In this document: piece by piece, positions 8,282 through 22,825 of the stretch
How the letters are laid out: each line of letters opens with the position of its first letter
Numbering within the stretch: position 1 is the first letter of the stretch
Origin: an uncultured Gemmatimonadaceae bacterium
Lineage (GTDB): Bacteria; Gemmatimonadota; Gemmatimonadetes; Gemmatimonadales; Gemmatimonadaceae
Direction of reading: 5' to 3'
Length of the DNA: 64,000 bases
Assembly: GCA_963740355.1 (NCBI GenBank)
Contig: CAVUDW010000002.1
Coordinates: 1,760,001-1,824,000 of the forward strand
Notes under the pieces: model-generated
Database searches by the model: none
Told to the model about the DNA's origin: nothing
What the model saw: the letters and a program-made list of their open reading frames with translations, nothing else
Translations under genes and position numbers: made by a program

Positions 8282-9832
8282 ATGGCCAAACGTTCGTTGA
8301 GTCTTGTCGCAGTGGTGTGCACCGCTGGCTTGCTGGTGGCACCCGTTCAGGCACAAACGCGAGCCGCGCAGGTGCGTGAGCTCGACGCCTACATCACGAA
8401 GGGGCTACGGGACTGGGACATTCCCGGTCTCACCATCGCCGTGGTACGAAACGATTCGGTGCTCTTCACCAAGGGCTACGGCGTGCGGCGACTCGGCGCC
8501 GCGGGTGCGGTGGATGAGCAGACGCAGTTCGGGATCATGAGCACCACCAAGGCCTTCACGGCACTGGCGATCGCGATGCTGGTGGATGAAGGGAAGGTGG
8601 CCTGGAACGATCCGATCACGAAGCACCTGCCAGAGTTCCAGTTCAGCGATCCATTCCTTACTCGTGAAGCGACGGTGAAGGATCTGTTGACCCACAACAT
8701 CGGTGTCGGCAATGCAGACCTGATGTGGGCTCGCGGCGACCTGACGCGCGCCGAGATTCTTCGCCGTGTGCGGTACATCCCCACGGCCTACTCACTGCGT
8801 GGCGGATTCGCATACCAGAACATCATGTATGGTGCCGCCGGCGAACTGGTCGCGCGCGTCTCGGGCCTGTCGTGGGAAGAGTTCGTGCGCACGCGAATCT
8901 TCGTACCGCTCGGCATGACGCATTCGTATACCACGTACGACGGCATGCATACCGCATCCGGTGCCAACCAGTCGGAGCCGCACTTCCGCATCCGCGACAC
9001 CATCCGCGTGATCAAGGACGAGACGGTGGATGTGTTGCCGGCAGCGGGCTCGATCTGGTCCAACGCAGTCGACATGTCGAAATGGTTGCGCTTCCTGCTC
9101 GACAGCGGGCGGGTGGATGGCAAGCGCTTGGTGACCGAGGCCGGATTCCGCGAGCTGTTGAAGCCGCAGTCGTTCGTGTCAGCGGCCGAGTTCTATCCCA
9201 CGGCGCGGATCACCAAGCCGCACTGGATGACGTACGGCCTGGGATGGTTCCAGCAGGACTTCCGCGGTCGATTCCTTGCCTTTCACACCGGAAGCCTCGA
9301 TGGCCGAACGGCGATGATGGGGCTGCTGCCGGACGCGCGGACCGGGGTTTTCATCGCCGGCAATCTGGATCACGCCGAATTCCGGCATGCGTTGCTGCTC
9401 CAGGTGATGGACATCTTCGCCGGAACCAATGGCGGTCCAGCCCGGAACTGGAGCACGGAGTTTCTTGCGCTCTACAAGGGCCTGCACGACGACGGTGAAA
9501 AGGCGACGGCGGAGTTCGAAGCCAAGCGTGTTGCCGGTACGAAACCCTCGCTGCCTGTGGCCGCGTATGCCGGCACCTTTACGCATCCGGTGTGGGGTGA
9601 TCTCCTGATCGCTGTGGACAACGGCGTGATGTCGGCGCGGCTCGGCCCCAGCGAAGGGACTCACGGCACGCTGGAGCACTGGAACTACGACACCTTCCGT
9701 GCCTTCCTTGGTGATGGGCGCGGAGGGGCGAACTACTTCGGCTTCCAGCTCGATGCGGAAGGGAAGGCGACGCGCGTCATCATGAATGGTGATGATGGCT
9801 ACACCTTCACCCGTGTCGAGCCGAAGAAATAG
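8282..9832 (+). CDS. Secreted serine hydrolase, beta-lactamase class C/PBP family, with C-terminal DUF3471-like domain
   Basis: Signal peptide, SxxK (STTK), YxN (YQN), HTG and LLTH motifs. Confidence 0.9.
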   Translation: MAKRSLSLVAVVCTAGLLVAPVQAQTRAAQVRELDAYITKGLRDWDIPGLTIAVVRNDSVLFTKGYGVRRLGAAGAVDEQTQFGIMSTTKAFTALAIAMLVDEGKVAWNDPITKHLPEFQFSDPFLTREATVKDLLTHNIGVGNADLMWARGDLTRAEILRRVRYIPTAYSLRGGFAYQNIMYGAAGELVARVSGLSWEEFVRTRIFVPLGMTHSYTTYDGMHTASGANQSEPHFRIRDTIRVIKDETVDVLPAAGSIWSNAVDMSKWLRFLLDSGRVDGKRLVTEAGFRELLKPQSFVSAAEFYPTARITKPHWMTYGLGWFQQDFRGRFLAFHTGSLDGRTAMMGLLPDARTGVFIAGNLDHAEFRHALLLQVMDIFAGTNGGPARNWSTEFLALYKGLHDDGEKATAEFEAKRVAGTKPSLPVAAYAGTFTHPVWGDLLIAVDNGVMSARLGPSEGTHGTLEHWNYDTFRAFLGDGRGGANYFGFQLDAEGKATRVIMNGDDGYTFTRVEPKK

Positions 9833-9858
9833 CGGCGCGACGTCCGCACCGGAAAACG

Positions 9859-9893
9859 AACACGCCGCCGATCACATGGATCGGCGGCGTGTT
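9859..9893. terminator. Intrinsic terminator hairpin between the convergent hydrolase and tRNA-Ser
   Basis: 15-bp perfect stem AACACGCCGCCGATC / GATCGGCGGCGTGTT with a 5-nt loop. Confidence 0.8.
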
Positions 9894-9957
9894 TCGCTTG
9901 AGCCTGAGAGTCGCAGGCACACGACTCTGTGAACATTCAGTTGGGAACTTCAACAAG

Positions 9958-10040
<83 letters not shown>

Positions 10041-10159
10041 GGGCTGCAATTGCTGCCGGAATCTCGCCATTTCGAGGTGATTGCACCATCCCCAGAAATC
10101 GCTATGATGCGAAGGACAGTGCGAGCGGCGGGTGGATTCCTTGACCGGCAGGAGCAGAC

Positions 10160-14770
<4,611 letters not shown>

Positions 14771-14789
14771 CGTCTTTACCTTCACAATG

Positions 14790-14828
14790 GCAGCCCCTCG
14801 CTCAGTGAATCCGGCGCGGGGCTGTTTG
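14790..14828 (+). terminator. Probable intrinsic terminator after gltB
   Basis: GCAGCCCC...GGGGCTGT stem followed by TTG, lying between convergent genes. Confidence 0.55.
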
Positions 14829-14872
14829 TCCTCAGCGAGGCTGGCTCGCGTCGATTCGACCAGACTCGGAAT

Positions 14873-15676
14873 TCACTCCGCCTTCTCCGGCGTCGCCAAC
14901 CCCGTCACCAGATCCAGCCGATACGGCTTCCCATCGAGATACGCCTCCGGCGTTCGCGACCCGTCGAAGTACACGCTCAAGCTCGAGTGAAACGGCCGCG
15001 TGGTTCCCGATGCGACCCACTCATTGAGCGCGGTTGCCGTCACGACACCACTGGTTGGATACGCAGTTGCCAGGTCGTATCGGTGCTTCGGGAACGCCAC
15101 GTCCCGGTAGCTGACCACCTGCGCGAAACGATTGAAGCCGCGCGAGCGATGCACGATCGTGAAGGTCGTATCGACGCCACTCAGCAGCGCGGCATCGGCT
15201 GCGAGGCCGATGAAGGCCCATTCGAGGCGACGGCGCACGCTGAGATCGACCGTGTGGCCGCTCTGGTCGGCGAATCGACGGACGAAGGCCGTGCGCTCCA
15301 CCGCTTTCTCGGTCGTCGCCGCGTCGTAGTCCCGCTGCGTCGTGCCGTCCTTGGCGTGATGCTCGAGCATCGTGACACCGAAGGTGCTGTCATTGCCGCG
15401 CTTCGACACACAGACGCGTCGGCGTAGTCGCGAGTCGAACGCGCAGTTCATGAACCCGGGATAGGACGCGCCGTCAGACACATACGGAATGCGGAAGCGG
15501 CTCATCACGCCGAGGTGCCTGAGATCGACGCGTACCTGTCCCGGTACGACCGTCTCTTCCGGCTCCGGCAGCCCCGCCGCCATCGCCGCGACTTCGTCCG
15601 CGTGCTGAATCACGCCAGCCAGGCAGAGCGCGACAATCGCTGCGCTCATCTGACCCAAGTGCATACGCCGCATCAC
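14873..15676 (-). CDS. Hypothetical secreted protein
   Basis: 267-aa ORF with a signal-peptide-like N-terminus and a GAGG RBS upstream. No recognised motif. Confidence 0.65.
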   Translation of the reverse strand: MMRRMHLGQMSAAIVALCLAGVIQHADEVAAMAAGLPEPEETVVPGQVRVDLRHLGVMSRFRIPYVSDGASYPGFMNCAFDSRLRRRVCVSKRGNDSTFGVTMLEHHAKDGTTQRDYDAATTEKAVERTAFVRRFADQSGHTVDLSVRRRLEWAFIGLAADAALLSGVDTTFTIVHRSRGFNRFAQVVSYRDVAFPKHRYDLATAYPTSGVVTATALNEWVASGTTRPFHSSLSVYFDGSRTPEAYLDGKPYRLDLVTGLATPEKAE

Positions 15677-15784
15677 GTTACCTCGTCGTGTTGGCGCGGA
15701 ACCGGCGCACGACTGTGCGACGCGACCCCGGGAGCATCCACTTAGCGACGAAGCAGCACTTTTACGGTCACCAATCTCGACGCC

Positions 15785-16783
15785 TCACGCAGCGGCATCT
15801 GGCAACAGGTGTTTCGCGAATGTTGCGCCGTCGGTGTTGCCACCGCACACCACCACACCCACCTGCTTGCCGCCCAGCCGTTCACGCAACGGGAACATCA
15901 ACGCAGCCAGCGCCGCAGCCCCTGCCGGCTCGACGACCAGCTTCGCCGAACGAAAGAGGAGGCGCATCCCGTCGCGGATCTGGTCGTCGTTCACCAGCAC
16001 CACCTCGTCCACGAACTGCCGGTTCAGTGCGAACGAATACGGTTCGGCACGCGGTGCGCCCAGTGAATCGGCGATCGTACGCACTGATTCGATCGATTGC
16101 GGCGAACCGGCGTGGAAGCTGCGATACATGCTGTTGGCCCCTTCAGGCTCCACGACAAACACGGCGGTGCGGGGACTCATCTGCTTCACGGCGCAGGAGA
16201 TCCCCGCCGACAAGCCGCCTCCGCCCGACGCAATGATCACCGCGTCCAGTGTCGCGCCAGCCGCTGTCACCTGGTCGATGAATTCGAGGCCGACGCTGGC
16301 CGTGCCAAGCGCCGTCTTTGGCCCCTCGAATGGATGCACGAAGGTTCGGCCATCCTCTGCCTCGACTTCACGCACGCGTTCGAAGGCACGGTGCACATCC
16401 TCGACCAACTCGACCTCCGCACCCAGCTCACGACAAAGCGCAACACGAAACGGGTTGGCGGTCTTTGGCATCACGACCTTGGCGGTCGTACCCAACTCGC
16501 GTGCGCACCATGCCAGCGAGATGGCGTGATTGCCTGCCGAGACACCTGTCACACCCCGCGACAGTGCGTCTGCATCCATGTCGAGCATCACCGTCAACGC
16601 CCCTCGCGGCTTGAAACTGCCGGTGCGTTGGAACAACTCCTCCTTCAACCAGACCCCGGTGTCGGCGCCGACGGCTCGCCCCAATGCGTCATCGTGCACG
16701 CGGCGTGTTGACGTCGTGACGATGCGATCACCGAGTCGCGCGCGATTGGTGCGGATCTGGTCCAGCGTCGGTGCCTGATTCAC
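15785..16783 (-). CDS. PLP-dependent threonine/serine dehydratase family protein (catalytic domain only)
   Basis: ELFQRTGSFKPRGA (PLP Lys), SAGNHA, GGGGL, EPAGAAALAA and CGGN. No ACT domain. Confidence 0.9.
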   Translation of the reverse strand: MNQAPTLDQIRTNRARLGDRIVTTSTRRVHDDALGRAVGADTGVWLKEELFQRTGSFKPRGALTVMLDMDADALSRGVTGVSAGNHAISLAWCARELGTTAKVVMPKTANPFRVALCRELGAEVELVEDVHRAFERVREVEAEDGRTFVHPFEGPKTALGTASVGLEFIDQVTAAGATLDAVIIASGGGGLSAGISCAVKQMSPRTAVFVVEPEGANSMYRSFHAGSPQSIESVRTIADSLGAPRAEPYSFALNRQFVDEVVLVNDDQIRDGMRLLFRSAKLVVEPAGAAALAALMFPLRERLGGKQVGVVVCGGNTDGATFAKHLLPDAAA

Positions 16784-17319
16784 GTCGCGAAGCCCTCGGG
16801 CATACGTGTCTCCGCCGCATCGCAGCCGAGGCGCGCGATGTCGTCGGACCGATCAGGATACTGCGCCAGCAGCGCATCGCGTGAGCCGCCCTCGTACATC
16901 GCGTCGGTGAAACCTGGCGCCATCGTGCACCCGAAAAGCGCGAAACGGCCGCCCTCGACGAGGTGCCCGGCCTGCCAGACACCGGCGGGAACGACGAACT
17001 GCACATGTTCGCCGTTCAGCGGGTCGTCGCCGAGGATCACGTCGCGTGAGGTGCCGTCAGGGTCGAGCAGTATCAGTCGCAGCGGATCGCCTCGATAGAA
17101 GTGCCAGACTTCGTCGGCCGAGAGTCGGTGAAATCGGGAGTGGCTCAGCGGCTCGCTGCAGTACAGGCCGATGATGGCGGTGCCAACGGGGCCGCCGTCA
17201 CCGCCCTCGTCTGCCGAGCGATAGGTGCTCGCGAACAACGTCCCCTCGCTCGGCAAGGGACGCATGCGATAGTGCTCGATCAGCGCTTCGACTTCCGGGT
17301 TCATCGGGCGGCGTGGCAT
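16780..17319 (-). CDS. DUF985/Cupin_5 family protein
   Basis: EG-F, SRFHRL..DEVWHFY.G, QFVVPAGVWQA and GCTMAPGF motifs. 4-nt overlap with the downstream gene. Confidence 0.88.
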   Translation of the reverse strand: MPRRPMNPEVEALIEHYRMRPLPSEGTLFASTYRSADEGGDGGPVGTAIIGLYCSEPLSHSRFHRLSADEVWHFYRGDPLRLILLDPDGTSRDVILGDDPLNGEHVQFVVPAGVWQAGHLVEGGRFALFGCTMAPGFTDAMYEGGSRDALLAQYPDRSDDIARLGCDAAETRMPEGFAT

Positions 17320-17322
17320 CGG

Positions 17323-17715
17323 TCAGCGGCTGGCCGGTTGGGCGAGGTTGATCAGGTTGCCGCAGCTGTCTTCGAACATCACCGTCGTGACCGGGCCAAG
17401 GTCCTTCGGCTCGCTCCGGAAGATGACGCCAAGGCTCTTCAGGCGGGCGTATTCCTTGTGGATATCCTGGCTGATGAAGGCCGTGGCAGGGATCCCAGCC
17501 TCGAACAGCGCCTGCTGGTAGACCTGGGCCGGCGCAAAGGCCATCGGCTCGAGGACCAGTTCCACGCCGTCCAACCCGTCCGGCGAGGTCACCGTCAGCC
17601 AGCGGTAGGCGCCCATGGGGACGTCGGCGCAGGGCTCGAAGCCGAGAATCGAGGTATAGAACCGCAGCGCCTTGTCCTGGTCGTCGACCAAGATGGAGAT
17701 GAGCCTGATCTGCAT
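17323..17715 (-). CDS. VOC/glyoxalase family protein
   Basis: VDDQDKALRFYT..LGF, RWLTV and FEDSCGNLINL motifs. Confidence 0.88.
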   Translation of the reverse strand: MQIRLISILVDDQDKALRFYTSILGFEPCADVPMGAYRWLTVTSPDGLDGVELVLEPMAFAPAQVYQQALFEAGIPATAFISQDIHKEYARLKSLGVIFRSEPKDLGPVTTVMFEDSCGNLINLAQPASR

Positions 17716-18084
17716 GGTTCGGTCCGCGGATGGGTGGCCAGCGTGTGATGTGTAACGAAGATCACGACCTGTGCGCTGGCCCCGCCACTGATGGCCGGAG
17801 ATCGCGGCGCCCGCGGTTCGGGCGGCGGCCCGACCAGCGGACTGCTGTGTCCCGATTCCGTGTCAATTCCGAGGAGTGGGAAGGCGTGACTGTTGGCGGC
17901 GTCAAACGTCTTCAGACCGTAGACCGGATGGGTCACCGGGGCGGGAGCATTCCGACGGCTGGCGGACGCTTGGACAGCGGCTGTCGCCCACGGAGGCTGC
18001 CGCTCCAGACGTATCAGGCACTCAACACGGGGCGCGCTGAAGGTGAGGCGCGCCGCCACCGCCCAAGCCGCTTCATCACCCCTC

Positions 18085-20781
18085 ATGGATCGCGCGATCA
18101 CTCACCTGCGACGTTCGGACGACCGGTGGTGCATGGCGGCGAATCTCCTCGTCGTTGCTGCGGTTGCAGCAGCGATCGCGGCGTTCGTGCTTCCACGCGC
18201 GGCGTTCGACACGTTCTATGGGCACTCGTCGCTGCTGTTTCCGGCCATCCCCGTCGTGGCCGCCTGGCGCGCCTGGCGCAGGAACAAGGCTGAGGACGTT
18301 CGTGCGGGGTGGGGCTGGGTGGCAGCCGGCATCTTCGGCTTCGCCTGCTATGAAGTCGCCTGGTACGCGGCGTGGCTCGAGGGTGTCCAGCTCCATACCT
18401 CGATTGCCGACGTCCTGAACCTGATCTTTGCCCCGCTGGTGTTGGTAGGTGTGCTGCGCCATGCCCGACGTGGCATCAGTCGCACCGAGCAGCAGCGCGA
18501 GTATCTCGACACTGCGATCGTGGCGCTGGGCGCGGCTGCAATCGTGCATGCGACCATGACGTTGTTCGGAGGGGGCGTGCGACCGGTCACGGGTCCGCGC
18601 GATTTCGTGTTGCTGGTGGCCCCGGTCCTCGACCTCGTCACGCTCGGTGGGTTGGGCCTGCTCTGGATCCGGCGTGGCAGCGGCGGCGTGCCAGCGTGGA
18701 CGGCGAGTATCGGCGTTGCGCTGTTGCTGGGCACGATCGCTGACGTCTGGTACGCGGTCCCGGCCAGCATCGGCGTGGAGTCGCCGTGGTTCGTCTGCGC
18801 GGCGTGGTACGGTAGTTGGGCGGCGTTGGGTGTCGGCGCCACCCGTGCCGTGCAACCCGTGGTACTCGCGGCACGTCCCGACCGGATTTCACGTCTGCCA
18901 TACATCCTCGCCGTCGCATGCTACGCGGCGCTCAGCATGGCGGTCGCCATCGACGACCGCGAGGCGATCATCTCGACGACCTTCGGCGCCGGGATCGTGA
19001 CTTTGCTGGTGTTGCTGCGCCAACTGGCCGCCGTCAACGACGTGACCAAGATGGAGGCCGATCGCGTGCAGTCGCACGGCGATCGCAAGCTGGCCGCGCT
19101 GGTGCGTCATGGCAGCGACATGCTGACCATCGTCAGCCCCGACATGACGGTGCAGTACGCCAGTCCCTCGCATCACCAGATCTTCGGCATTCCCACCGAT
19201 GCGCTGCTCGGCCGCGACATCCTGGCCGACATCCATCTCGATGACCAGGACAATGCGCGCCGCAGCTTCCTCCGGTTGCTGGAAGGCACATCACAGCGCG
19301 AGTCGCTGGTGGTGCGCCTGCGTGACTCCGATGGGGTCTGGCGCTGGGTCGAAGTCGTTGGCACGAACCTCGTTGGCGAGCCGACCATCGGCGGCCTGGT
19401 TCTCAACAGCCGCGACATCACCGATCGCAAGCAGCTCGAGGACGAGCTGGTCGCCCAGGCGTTGCGTGATCCACTGACGGGCCTCGGCAACCGCCGCCTG
19501 TTCGCCGATCGTGTGGCGCATGCGCTCGATCGCCAGCGTCGCAAGCCTGAAAGTGTGGCGGTGCTGCTGCTCGACCTGGACCATTTCAAGTTCGTGAATG
19601 ACACGCTCGGGCATGCCAAGGGTGATGCCTTGCTGGTGGCGGTCGCGAATCGCCTGCAGCTGGTCGTGCGTGCCGGTGACACCGTGGCACGCCTCGGCGG
19701 CGACGAGTTTGCCGTGCTGCTGGAAGACCTCACGCTGGAGGACGAGGCCGACGCCACCGCCGTGCGCATCCTGCACGCGCTCGATCGTCCGTTCATTCTC
19801 GACGATCGAGAAGTGTTCGTGCGCGCCAGCATCGGAATCGCGTGGGCCGCCGAGGGACAGACTGTCGACGCGCTGGTGACCGACGCCGACGTCGCGATGT
19901 ACGCCGCCAAGGGAGCAGGTCGCAGCCGGATCGAGCGATTCTCCAGCGCCATGCGCGAGAGCGTCACCGAGCGGCACAACGTGGAGGCGGCGCTGCGAGG
20001 TGCACTCGAGCGCGAAGAGTTCGATCTCGTCTATCAGCCGCTGGTGGATCTCGAGACGGGCCAGATCGCAGGTGCCGAAGCCCTCATTCGCTGGCGCCAT
20101 CGCGAACATGGCTTGTTGTTGCCATCGCGATTCATTCCGATCGCAGAAGAGTCGGAACTGATCGTCCTCATCGGTCGCATGGTGCTTCGTCGCGCTGCAA
20201 CTGATGTCGCGCGCTTCCGTGAAGCCTCCGAGTCGAGCAGCGAGATGCGGGTGGCGGTCAACCTCTCCTCGCGGCATCTGCTATCGCCAGAGCTGGTGTC
20301 CGACGTCGAGTCGGCGCTTTCCGATGCCGGTGTCAATGGCAGCGCGCTGACGGTCGAGCTGACGGAATCCGTGCTCGCCTCACATGAGTCGGTGATCGTA
20401 GAGCGGCTGCACGCCCTGCGCGCCCTCGGCATGCAGGTCGCGCTCGACGACTTCGGGACGGGATACAGCTCGCTGGCCTACCTGCGCCGGTATCCGATCG
20501 ATGTCCTGAAGGTGGACCAGAGCTTCGTCTCCTGGGCCACCGACGACGCAGCCACCGACGGCGTGGCGCGCGCGATCGTCTCGATCGGGCAAAGCCTGTC
20601 GATGCGCACCGTGGCTGAAGGCATCGAGACGCGCACTCAGCTCGAGACGCTGCGGGCGCTCGGTTGCTCGTACGGTCAGGGCTACCTGTTCTCTCAGCCG
20701 CTCTCGAACACTGCGTTCGTCGAGCTGTTGAGCACCTGGGAGCCGCGCTTCTTCGCCGCCGAGGTCGCGCTCAACGCCTGA
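18085..20781 (+). CDS. Membrane-bound PAS-GGDEF-EAL diguanylate cyclase/phosphodiesterase
   Basis: Multiple N-terminal TM helices, a PAS domain, DPLTGLGNRR, the RxxD I-site with GGDEF, AEAL and DDFGTGYSSL. Start uncertain (18043, 18085 or 18133). Confidence 0.92.
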   Translation: MDRAITHLRRSDDRWCMAANLLVVAAVAAAIAAFVLPRAAFDTFYGHSSLLFPAIPVVAAWRAWRRNKAEDVRAGWGWVAAGIFGFACYEVAWYAAWLEGVQLHTSIADVLNLIFAPLVLVGVLRHARRGISRTEQQREYLDTAIVALGAAAIVHATMTLFGGGVRPVTGPRDFVLLVAPVLDLVTLGGLGLLWIRRGSGGVPAWTASIGVALLLGTIADVWYAVPASIGVESPWFVCAAWYGSWAALGVGATRAVQPVVLAARPDRISRLPYILAVACYAALSMAVAIDDREAIISTTFGAGIVTLLVLLRQLAAVNDVTKMEADRVQSHGDRKLAALVRHGSDMLTIVSPDMTVQYASPSHHQIFGIPTDALLGRDILADIHLDDQDNARRSFLRLLEGTSQRESLVVRLRDSDGVWRWVEVVGTNLVGEPTIGGLVLNSRDITDRKQLEDELVAQALRDPLTGLGNRRLFADRVAHALDRQRRKPESVAVLLLDLDHFKFVNDTLGHAKGDALLVAVANRLQLVVRAGDTVARLGGDEFAVLLEDLTLEDEADATAVRILHALDRPFILDDREVFVRASIGIAWAAEGQTVDALVTDADVAMYAAKGAGRSRIERFSSAMRESVTERHNVEAALRGALEREEFDLVYQPLVDLETGQIAGAEALIRWRHREHGLLLPSRFIPIAEESELIVLIGRMVLRRAATDVARFREASESSSEMRVAVNLSSRHLLSPELVSDVESALSDAGVNGSALTVELTESVLASHESVIVERLHALRALGMQVALDDFGTGYSSLAYLRRYPIDVLKVDQSFVSWATDDAATDGVARAIVSIGQSLSMRTVAEGIETRTQLETLRALGCSYGQGYLFSQPLSNTAFVELLSTWEPRFFAAEVALNA

Positions 20782-20829
20782 GGATTCGGCGATGTGGTTG
20801 CCGTGCAACGAGTGACCGCGCTCGAAGGC

Positions 20830-21456
20830 TCAGTGGTCGACGCGCGGTGCGATGGGTCGGATCGGTCCGTGGCCGGCGTACACGGTGGTTGCGCCACGTG
20901 TACGGAGCAGCTCCCAGCTGGCATTCGTCACCTCGGCCTCTGCGTCCGGAATGAACATCGGATGGGTGAGGTCACCGGTGAATACCGCCCCATCATCGAG
21001 CAACAGCGAGACACTGTCGGGTGAGTGCCCGGGCGTGTGCAACACCTCGCCACCGATGCCGATCTCCGACAGGAGCGCGCGGCTCTCGGCAAGCGTGAAG
21101 ACGCGATTGTCGTGCAAGGAGATGGGGGTGAAGTGATCGGCCGGCTTCACATGGTCGGAGATGTGCGGCACCCACGCCACCTGCTCATCGGCGACCAGCA
21201 GTGTCATCCCCGCCTGCTTCAGGTCCTGCGCCAGGCCGGCGTGGTCAAGGTGGTAGTGCGTGGCGAGACCGTACCGGATTTCTCTCAGCGGGATATCCAT
21301 GCGTTCGAGCTGCTTGCGCATCGTGTCCATCGTGCCCGGCCAGCCCAGGTCGAGCATCAATCGTGATGTCCCGGCGCTGATCACCCAGAAGTTCGTCGAG
21401 CGATACCCGACGTTGACGATGGTCGGTGCGCCGCGGTGCGTGGCTATCGATGGCAT
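20830..21456 (-). CDS. MBL-fold metallo-hydrolase (glyoxalase II-like)
   Basis: THYHLDH, HTPGHS, FTGD and AGHG motifs. The in-frame ATG at 21456 was chosen to avoid overlap with the divergent gene. Confidence 0.85.
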   Translation of the reverse strand: MPSIATHRGAPTIVNVGYRSTNFWVISAGTSRLMLDLGWPGTMDTMRKQLERMDIPLREIRYGLATHYHLDHAGLAQDLKQAGMTLLVADEQVAWVPHISDHVKPADHFTPISLHDNRVFTLAESRALLSEIGIGGEVLHTPGHSPDSVSLLLDDGAVFTGDLTHPMFIPDAEAEVTNASWELLRTRGATTVYAGHGPIRPIAPRVDH

Positions 21457-21610
21457 TCCGGAAGATGTCAGCGCGGCGCACAGGGCCGCCAGCGGTGGCG
21501 CAGTCCTTCGTGACTGTGGGGCGTGCAACCGCGGACGCCTTGCCTGCGCCATCCCTGTCGATACGATGCAGGCTGCTGCGTTTTGCCAGTCTCTCCCACC
21601 GGACCTGCGA

Positions 21611-22825
21611 ATGCCCGATCGCCCAGCCCCTGCGCCGATTGCCGCTTCGACCACCATCTCACGTCGGGACGCGTTGCAGCGGGTGGCCGCCGGGATGATC
21701 CTCGCCCCGGCTATCCTCCGTGGTCGCTACCGGCTCGATCCGCGAGGCACCACGGAGTATTCTGCCCGGGCGATCAAGCTGGTGCAGGAGTCGGTGGTGG
21801 TGGACCTCCTGAACCAGTTCCGGTTCGCCGATTTCAGCGAGACGCCGCCAAGGAGCACCCTCTGGCTCTCGAAGCCGCGCTCCATGACGGCTGCAGACTT
21901 CGAGACGTATCGCACGTCGGGATACAACGTCATCGCATTGGGACACGGCCCGGCGGATTACGCCGCGGGCATCCGATTCTTCGCCGACTGGAATGGCCTG
22001 ATCGCCGAGTATCCCGACTGGTTCATGCGGATCGACGATGCCAACGATTTCGCGGCAGTGAAGCGGGCAGGGAAGGTGGGGATCATGATCACCTTCCAGA
22101 ACTCCGATCATTTCCGCACGGTGGATGATGTCGACACCTTTTTCGGGCTCGGCCAGCGCCTGTCGCAGCTCACGTACAACTACCAGAATCGGCTCGGCTC
22201 CGGCTTCCTCGAGACGAACGATGGTGGCCTGACGGTGTTCGGCGGTGAGATCGTGGCGCGGATGAACAGGGTCGGCATGGCTGTCGACCTCTCGCACTGC
22301 GGCGACAAGACCACGCTCGACACACTCGATGCCGCGAAACGGCCGGTGGTCTTTTCGCACGCCAGTTGTCGCGCACTGGTGCCGGGGCACCTGCGCTGCA
22401 AGACCGATGAGATGATCGTGAAGATGGCGAAGAGTGGCGGCGTGATGGGTGTGCCGTTCCTGCGCATGATGGTGCGGGAGTCCGAGCCGGTGACGGTCGA
22501 GCATGTGATCGACCACTTCGACCACGTGGTCAAGCTGGTGGGCATCGAGCACGTGGCGGTCGGCAGCGACATGGACGTGGTCGGCAATCCGAATCCGGTG
22601 GGTGGCGCCACGTTGAGCGTCCCGCCGACGCCGAACTTCGATCGCTATCGCATGCACTTCGATGCCAAGGGGGAACGGATGCTGACCGTGGCCGGCCTCG
22701 ATCATCCGAAGCGGATGTTCGACGTCGCAGAGGGATTGATCCGGCGCAGGTACAGCGATGCTGACATCACGGCCATTCTCGGCGGCAATGCGCAGCGAGT
22801 GTTGACCGCAATCTGGAAGGGTTGA
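21611..22825 (+). CDS. Tat-exported membrane dipeptidase (peptidase M19)
   Basis: SRRDAL Tat motif, QLTYN, VDLSH, FSH, IDHFDH and GSD. Confidence 0.88.
   Translation: MPDRPAPAPIAASTTISRRDALQRVAAGMILAPAILRGRYRLDPRGTTEYSARAIKLVQESVVVDLLNQFRFADFSETPPRSTLWLSKPRSMTAADFETYRTSGYNVIALGHGPADYAAGIRFFADWNGLIAEYPDWFMRIDDANDFAAVKRAGKVGIMITFQNSDHFRTVDDVDTFFGLGQRLSQLTYNYQNRLGSGFLETNDGGLTVFGGEIVARMNRVGMAVDLSHCGDKTTLDTLDAAKRPVVFSHASCRALVPGHLRCKTDEMIVKMAKSGGVMGVPFLRMMVRESEPVTVEHVIDHFDHVVKLVGIEHVAVGSDMDVVGNPNPVGGATLSVPPTPNFDRYRMHFDAKGERMLTVAGLDHPKRMFDVAEGLIRRRYSDADITAILGGNAQRVLTAIWKG

Noticed and set aside
8282..9832. Calling the SxxK hydrolases (here and at 52586-53896) antibiotic-resistance beta-lactamases
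   Set aside because: The motifs are shared with esterases and peptidases of the same fold, and nothing indicates true AmpC activity.
17751..17766. CRP/FNR-like site TGTAA-N6-TCACG
   Set aside because: Two mismatches to consensus and no supporting context, so it could be chance.
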